From Candidatus Moraniibacteriota bacterium (GTDB lineage: Bacteria > Patescibacteriota > Minisyncoccia > Moranbacterales > UBA1568), in NCBI GenBank assembly GCA_016699425.1, contig CP064975.1, positions 1,149,369-1,213,368 on the forward strand: a stretch of DNA of 64,000 bases. The letters run 5' to 3'. The translations under genes were made by a program, and so were the position numbers. Shown here piece after piece: positions 57,179 through 64,000 of this stretch. Under the pieces are notes generated by a model, which was not told the DNA's origin, did not search any database, and was given only the letters and a program-made list of their open reading frames with translations. Numbering within the stretch: position 1 is the first letter of the stretch; each line of letters starts with the position of its first letter.

Positions 57179-58968
57179 ATGGAGACACGCAACGTCGCAA
57201 TTATCGCGCACGTCGACCACGGCAAGACAACTCTGACTGACGCTCTCATGCGCCAGACGGGAGTCGCGATGGCCGTCGGTGCCTCGATGGATTCGAATGC
57301 GCTCGAACAGGAACGCGGCATCACTATCTACGCCAAGAACTGTTCATTGTTCTATAAGAACACCAAGATCAATATCGTCGATACGCCTGGTCACGCGGAT
57401 TTCGGTTCGGAAGTAGAGCGCGTGCTTCGCTCCATCGATGATGTCATCCTCGTCGTCGATGCTCAGGAGGGTCCGATGCCGCAGACCCGCTTTGTCTTGA
57501 AGAAATCACTCGAGCTGGGTCTCCGACCGATCGTCGTCATCAACAAGATCGATAAACCAGCCGCTCGTCCAGACGAGGTGAAGGAGATGGTCTATGAACT
57601 CTTCCTCGACCTCGGAGCGGACGATCATCAGCTTGATTTCCCGGTGGTCTATGCCATCGCCCGCGAAGCGGTGCTATGAAGGAGCTGGCTGATCCGCGCA
57701 CCGATCTCTCGCCGCTCCTCGATACCATCCTCGAGCGTGTTCTTCCTGCTAGCCACGATGTCGATAAGCCGCTCCGTGCTCAGCCGTTCAATCTCGGCTA
57801 TGACAATTTCGTCGGTCGCCTGGCCATCGCTCGCGTCTATGATGGTCGTCTCGCAGTGAACGATTCGGTCATGCTCCGGAACGTCAATGGCAAACAGTCG
57901 TCCGGTCGCATTGTGAAACTCTTCACTTTTCGTGGAATGGAGCGCGTCGAGAGTCAGTCTGTCGAAGCGGGGGACATCGTCATGATTGCCGGATTGCCGG
58001 ATGTCGAGATCGGGGACACGATCACGACCTATGCGAACGCCGAGCTTCTTCCAGCCATCGCGATCGATGAGCCAACCATTTCGCTTGACTTCATGGTAAA
58101 TGACTCTCCTTTTGCTGGCCGCGAAGGAAAATTTGTTACGAATAAGCAGATTCGCGAACGTCTCGAAAAAGAGCTCGAGATCAATGTCGGTCTCCGGATC
58201 GAATTCGCTGATGACCACTACAAAGTCTACGGTCGCGGTGAGCTCCACATCTCTATTTTGCTCGAAAACATGCGCCGTGAGGGCTACGAAGTCCAGGTGT
58301 CACAGCCACAGGTCATCATCAAGGATGTCGACGGCGTGAAGTCAGAACCGTTTGAGGAAGTGACCGTCGAGTGCCCGATGGAAGTGACTGGCCCTGTCAT
58401 TGAAAAGATGGGCAAGCGCAAGGGTATCATGATGGATATGCGTGAAGGCTCGGGTGGGTACCAGCGACTGCTCTTCGAAATCCCAACGCGTGGCCTCCTC
58501 GGCTATCGTGGTGAGTTCATGGTGGATACACGCGGTGAGGGGACACTGTATACTCGTGTTCTCGGCTTTCGGCAGTACGCGGGCACGATTGATCACCGCG
58601 ATGTCGGCGCCAGGATTTCGATGGAGACGGGCAAGGCAGCTGCGTTCTCGCTCGACAATCTCCAGACGCGTGGTACGCTCTATATCGGCCATGCGGCTGA
58701 AGTATACGAGGGGATGGTCATCGGCAACGCCACCAAGGGCGAAGATATGTCGGTGAACCCGACCAAAGGTAAAGCGATGAGCAATATGCGCTCATCGGGG
58801 GCCGATGAAGCGATCAAGCTGACCCCGCCGTGGGAGCTGAATATCGAACGCGGCCTGGAAGTTATGAACGCGGACGAGTACCTTGAGATCACTCCGCTCT
58901 CGGTTCGGCTCCGCAAGCAATTTCTGAAAGAGACTGACAGAATACGGGCGACTCGAAGTAAAAAATAA
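57179..58968 (+). pseudogene. typA: Translational GTPase TypA/BipA, split into two ORFs (57179..57679 and 57676..58968) by a frameshift at an ATGA junction
   Basis: G domain ([18 protein letters not shown]) in ORF 1; domains II-V in ORF 2. The junction falls in the loop that is contiguous in BipA homologs. Confidence 0.7.
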
Positions 58969-59032
58969 GATAGGTGAAAGCCCCGAGAGCCGGGGCTTTT
59001 TTCTATGTATTGAATGGAAAGAGGATGAAGAT

Positions 59033-60568
59033 CTATTTCTCAACTCGGAAGACTTTCACATAGTTGCCCGGACGGTCATCGAGCTCGAGCGACCAGACGG
59101 GTGGGATAGCGGTTTGGCGGTAGTAGCGATGGGCGGTAAGTCCAGAGAGGCGTTCCCAGCGGTCGAAGCGTGACATATAGCGAGCCTCGCCGCGCCGAGT
59201 GAGGACATAGTAGTCGGGCTTAATCTGGGTGCCATCAAAGGTATAGGCGGTGAGGCAGCGCCCTACAAAGAATTCGCAGACACCGTAGTAGTCGCTCCAG
59301 ACGGTGAGTGCGGAAGCGTTCGGGAGCGTGTTTAGGTATTGGGCGGCTTCATAACCACCATAGCCCCAGGCATCAGCGATGAGAGCGTTTTTCGGCAGGA
59401 GGGTATTGGCGTAGTTTGCATAGAACGGGTAGATGGCACAGAGCGAAACGGCCGAAGCGATGATCACACTGATCGCGACGATGTTGCGGAAGTAAGACCA
59501 TTTCCTCTCGCCCCAGAAAGCGAATTCACGCAATCCGAAGGCGCCGAGGACAGCGAGAAGTGGGAAGAGGATAATGGCGTAGCGCGCGGTGGCGAGGATA
59601 TTGGAGTGGATCAGGATGAACGTGAAACCGAGCATGAAGAGTGACAGTGTGAGAATAATAGATCCGTCAGTGATTGCTCGACGCCGGAGTGCGATAATCC
59701 CAAGTCCGAAGAGGCTCAGGAGAAGCACTGGCGGGAGCGAGAAGACAATGGCATTCCATTCGAGGAAGAAGGCTTCGAGAAAGTTCGGTACACTCGCATG
59801 GTAACGGGCGTCGGTCAGGTCTTTGATGTCGAAGGGGATCGCATAGATGTTCCAGCCGGGGAAGGCATACCGGCTGATGATGACAGCAGTGAAGAGGAAG
59901 AGGAAGAAGATCGGTACGAGTTTGACGCTTGGCGCAGCCTTTCGGAGAAGGTAGCGGAGCTTCAGAAGGCACCAGGACTTGAGGAGGAAGAGATCAATGA
60001 GAAAGAGCAGCACGACCGGAGCGAAGGAATAAAGAAGGACTTCTTTGTCAGGGACGGTCGCGAGATACTCGGCCAGATATTTTCGGTCAAGGAAGAAGGC
60101 GGGGACGGCAGCGAGGACAAGGACGACGGAGGCTGCAGCGATCATGACGAGACGGTAGAAACCGGTCGAGAGTTGCGTGCGGAGCGAATCAAGAGTCTCC
60201 TCTTCCGAAGCAGCGATGAAGTGGATGATGTACGCTAAGCCGAAAGCTGGGAATAGGATAAGCGCAGTGTATTTCCGAAAGAGTGCCAGCGTGGTGAACA
60301 GGAGAGTCGCGAAGAGGTCGCCGAGTGTCGAATCTGAGCAGCGCGAAATAGGAAAGAAAGCGGCGGTCGAAGTTGACCAGAGAAGGGCATCAGGGTTTTA
60401 CGATTTGTGTCATGCCAAGAAGCACTGGCGAGAGCGCGGTGAGGCCCGAAGCGAAGAGTGCGGTCCACGGATCGAAGAGCCGGGCGAGGAGGAAAGATGT
60501 AGATGAGAATGAGGCCGTTCACGAGGAGGAGCGGTAACCGGAAGGCGAGGAGAGCGGCGCAGTTTCAT
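59033..60568 (-). pseudogene. GT-C family 39 / ArnT-PMT-like glycosyltransferase with a frameshift-fragmented N-terminus
   Basis: 370-aa intact C-terminal ORF. The upstream 420 nt encode the N-terminal TM region across three frames (MKLRRS.../...LFDPWTALFASGLTALSPVLLGMTQIVKP*/DALLWSTSTAAFF...). Confidence 0.45.
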
Positions 60569-60945
60569 CGACCTGGCACTGGTACAGCCGATTGTCTTGC
60601 TCCACGCAGTGTGTGGCCCGTGTCAGGGGGGCGGAGGGCTGGCCAGTGATGAGGGCGAGCGAGACTCCGGGTTTGTCATTGATGAAGGTTTTTCGAAGCT
60701 CCCAGTCACCCCAGGCATTCCAATATTTCGGTACCCGCTCGTAAGCCAGTAGTGTTCGTCCGCGGTCAGAAACTGAGTCAGGTGGACGAGCTGAAGAGCG
60801 CATAGAGCCCCATGACCAGGACGAAAAGCGGCTTGGGTTGAGGGGGTTGGTGAGGAAGGACATAGGTTGGGATCGGATGACAGGTGTATATGTAGCATAG
60901 CATCCACTTTCGAGCGAGACTCCTCGGGAGTAGGGTACAATAGGG

Positions 60946-61450
60946 ATGCTCATCGAATGGATCATTCAATTCGGACCGATTACAAGCTTCTTCCTTGTTT
61001 TTGAAGCATCAGGATGGAATTTTTGCGGCGACTGCGGTACTCATGGCGACGGTCGTCCTCGCGACTGCTGCGAGCTGGTATCGGTCAAGCAGGTGGCTTG
61101 GTTTCGCTTTGGAGTACTGCCTTCAGCCTCGTCTTCAACGGCGCGACACTCTATTATGTGGACCCGCAGTGACTCATCCTGAAGGACACACTCTACGATG
61201 GCCTCTTCGGGCTGATGTTGCTGTTCGGGCTGGCGTTTCGGAAAAACTTGCTTCGGAAATTCTTCATGCCACTCTTTGCGATTACCGATCGCGGGTGGCA
61301 TATCCTGCCGTTCGCTGGGCACTTTTTCCTCGTCTCGTCGGCGCTCAATGAAGTGGTCCGGCATTGGGTGACACCGGAAGTCTGGGTGCACTACAAGATT
61401 GGCAACACACTCGCTCTTATCAGCTTCGGGCTGTATCAGTTGAGACTCAC
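60946..61450 (+). pseudogene. YciB/IspZ-like inner-membrane septation protein remnant (at least 2 frameshifts)
   Basis: Fragments across three frames resemble YciB. Confidence 0.35.
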
Positions 61451-61552
61451 GGGGCGAGAGCGACCTCACCACGGAAGCAGATCGGTTCAGTATGCGGCTC
61501 ACTCGGGAGAAGCAGCGATCCCGGTGATGGGTGATGGTAGGGAAGGAATATC

Positions 61553-61715
61553 TCTTAGTAACTATCTCAAATCTCCTATTGTTCTGCAAAAATGGTTTTG
61601 GTTACGCAAAACGCTCAGGTCTCGTCGTTACTCTCCGGTAGCCTTCCTCCGCTTACACTTTGCTCAAAGCCACATACTTACTTAGTAACGAAAGAGATTT
61701 GAGATAGTTACTGAG
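61553..61715. repeat. 20-bp terminal inverted repeats enclosing about 118 nt (MITE-like or structured RNA)
   Basis: TCTTAGTAACTATCTCAAATCTC ... GAGATTTGAGATAGTTACTGAG. Confidence 0.45.
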
Positions 61716-62339
61716 GCATGGATAGAAAAGAAGAAACCGCGGACCGAATCATCGCACCGCAGTTTTCTGTGAGGATTGAAATGGGGCTACCGCCTCACTT
61801 TAACAGGTTCCGTGAAAGTTCGAGATTTCGGTGGCGTGGCCCTGGCGAGATTCAGGGTTTTCAGGAGAGATCGCGGATCTCGCATGCCTGACAAACATGC
61901 TCTCAGAAACACCATCAGGGATATGGACTTGCCGCAAAATTGGTTTCTTCAAAGAATGCTTCCTCGGATGACCCCAGCCAAGTTCTCGACGAAGCACCAA
62001 TGCCAGGTTGCTCGTGCCGAATGAGAATAATCAACGCGTCAAGGATGAAGCAATTTTCCATGGCGAAAACCTAATACCAACAAGACGGCAAACATGCCAG
62101 TTGTGCTGCCGATAGTGATCAATAAGGAATGGTGGACAAACGTCCATGGCAATTATTCAAACAGGCCGTGTGTTTTGAGCGTGCTCATAACAAGCTCTTT
62201 GCATAGCTCGAGATCTTCCTGTGGGAGGTTCCACGTGACTCTCCTTGTGGGTGTATGACGGTGGGTGGACAAGTTGGGAAAGGACGGTAGAAGAGCGAGT
62301 GTACTCGTTACCGCCTGGTTTGTCAACGTTGGCGGCTTT

Positions 62340-63000
62340 TTCTCTACATCAAACCACATCGTAGATGACCGGGATGAAGAAGAGCTTGGCGACACCGGAG
62401 AAACAGAGTCCAGCGATGATGGCACCGCCGCGTCCCTCCAGATCGGGTCGGAGAGAGGGATCGGGATGAGGGCTGACGATGGTCGTGAGCGCAGTGAGAG
62501 ATGGTTCGAGCCGGTTCTCGTGGCGCCCTCGACGACCGCTTCACGGACGGGGAGTCGAGTCGAGGTTCTTGTTGATCTTGTCGACCATGATGATAGAGTT
62601 GTTCACCACGATGCCGAAGAGTGCCAGGACGCCGATCAAGGCTGGGAAGGAAAAAGCGGGATCCCGAAGAGCGCAAAGATGACAAAGAACACCGGAAACG
62701 GCGATTGGGATCACGAGAAGGACGATCAAAAGCTTTCCGGAAGGAATGGAACTGAATCACCATAGTGCCGAAGATGGGGCCGGGGATCATCGCGTAGAGG
62801 ATGGACTGGACGGACTTGCTGTTCTCTCATTCACGCCCCCAGTTTTCCAGCTGTAATCGGCCGGGAGACCCAGCTCGGTATGGCGAAGGTTTCAAGTCCT
62901 TTGTTGAGTTCAGTGACCGAATAGCCTTCGGTCAACCGGGTGGCAGAGACAGAGGTCGTTCTCTTTTCATCCTCGCGGAAGGGTGAGGAGTTGGATTTTT
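62340..63000 (-). pseudogene. RND/SecDF-superfamily transporter remnant
   Basis: ALIGVLALFGIVVNNSIIMVDKI-type motif in one frame, with flanking fragments in other frames. Confidence 0.3.
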
Positions 63001-64000
63001 CTCAATGCCCGAGGGGTGCGAGTGAAAGGAGTGGTATCAGCTTTCCGGCAGGAGTCATCACGACCAGTCGTCTCCGAGGTCTTCGGGTGAGCTGAAACCC
63101 TCGCCGGTAAAGCGGATCACGATATCGCGCTTTCGCCGTTGAAACGCATATCTCTTACCGTATAAAATAAACTCCAAGAGTCACGGATGAAGAGGGCGGT
63201 GTCAGCGGGACTGAGTCCATCGCTGCAAGCGCAGCTTCGTTCGGTGTGAAAGTGAGTTTTCCGGCACTTGAAAGCGAGATAGGGATTTGACCGTTCCTGG
63301 AACACTCTGGAGATAGGTTTTCGTCTTTCCGCGAGGTGTTGAAGAGCATCAAGGTCTTTGCCGAGCAGCTTGAGCTGGAGATCGGCACCTGCCGGCGGTC
63401 CACCAGAAAGCTGGGGAAGCTGTCACAGTGCCGCCGTTCAATCCGAGAATTCTGTGTTCAGAGCTCCCTTTACGATTTCTGCACCCCGAGGATTTCAACC
63501 GTTCCTTGGCCTTGATGAGGTGAACCGTAAAGAGGATATGGTTGAAGCCCTCGTTGCCGGTTGTACTCGTTTGCTGTCAGTCAGAGCGCCGGACCGATTT
63601 CCCGCAGATTAAATCAAGCTCGGCGAGCGAACGGAAGCGAGGAAGGAGTTCGTCCGACGATCTTCCTCGCGGTCCTGGTTGGAACCGATAGGGAGTCCGG
63701 TACTGGCGTAGACCGGTAACGATATCGTCTTCCGGGAAAAATCGTTCACGACGAAGCCGAGAGGTAGAAGGGGCGTAGGAGGAAAGCATGAAGACGACGG
63801 AGAGAATGATGTGAGTCGTCGCGCTCGCTTCGAAGAGAGAATGCGCTCGATCAGTGCCGAGTACCAGGTACTCAAGCGATCGAACGAGAGGAAACCGTGA
63901 TCTTTGAAGCCGTCCCAGACTTTACCGGCTTGGGTCTGATGCCAGGCGGTGACGGACAAGAAGAAGGAATGTGCGAGACGGAATCACGAGGAAGAGCATG

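Noticed and set aside
1-64000. rRNA genes or riboswitch-class leaders
   Set aside because: No stretch resembles conserved 16S/23S/5S segments. Leaders inspected upstream of transporters and biosynthetic genes are too short for known riboswitch folds; only the terminator-like hairpins are reported.

Overview
This 64-kb window is gene-dense, almost entirely plus-strand, and mostly GC-rich, with many ATGA/short overlaps between genes. It looks like a compact monoderm genome, possibly CPR/Patescibacteria-like, but taxonomy cannot be established from sequence alone. Contents in order:

(1) Type IV pilus/T2SS-like locus (1-5280): PilB C-terminus, PilC, four pseudopilins, a PilM-like protein and three tandem pilin paralogs.

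(2) Cell-surface cluster (5389-24257), bracketed by two LytR_C-domain proteins that share a 14-nt promoter motif. It contains two secreted paralogs with a conserved C-terminal motif, a tandem-duplicated family of C-terminally TM-anchored beta-sandwich proteins (both duplicated copies frameshifted at homopolymers), a 3131-aa giant surface protein with internal repeats and a LamG-like domain, and a class A beta-lactamase-like hydrolase.

(3) dnaG-rpoD macromolecular-synthesis pair (RpoD carries a Lys-rich H1-like N-terminal tail), a NUDIX hydrolase and a papain-like peptidase.

(4) tRNA-Asn(GUU) split by a 574-nt group I intron. The P, Q, R and S core elements are readable, and the intron encodes an HNH endonuclease.

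(5) An AT-rich island directly 3' of the tRNA (~29.5-34.8 kb), bounded by an imperfect direct repeat that includes the tRNA 3' end. It carries a three-gene ABC exporter, a Ham1/ITPase, a DKNYY-like protein and an S51 peptidase, plus three copies of a terminator + extended -10 cassette.

(6) A CsoR-controlled copper-resistance operon (csoR, DUF305, copA, HMA-membrane protein, cupredoxin) with a readable CsoR operator palindrome in the promoter spacer.

(7) A SWIB-domain gene (minus strand), a second GspE/PilB-like ATPase with an Ig-like membrane protein, a SET-domain protein and a pseudouridine synthase.

(8) A glycan locus: GtrB-like GT2, GtrA, an FAD oxidoreductase, a GT2 fused to a large polytopic (GT-C-like) domain, a CESA-like processive GT2, an HlyD-like protein and a GH81 endo-beta-1,3-glucanase.

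(9) A cyclophilin lipoprotein and a typA/bipA gene split by a frameshift.

(10) A decayed 3' region (59-64 kb) with frameshifted GT39/ArnT-like, YciB-like and RND/SecDF-like remnants and a 20-bp inverted-repeat element.

No rRNA, CRISPR array, transposase or integrase was recognised. The frameshifts scattered through the window, several at homopolymers, may reflect assembly error.
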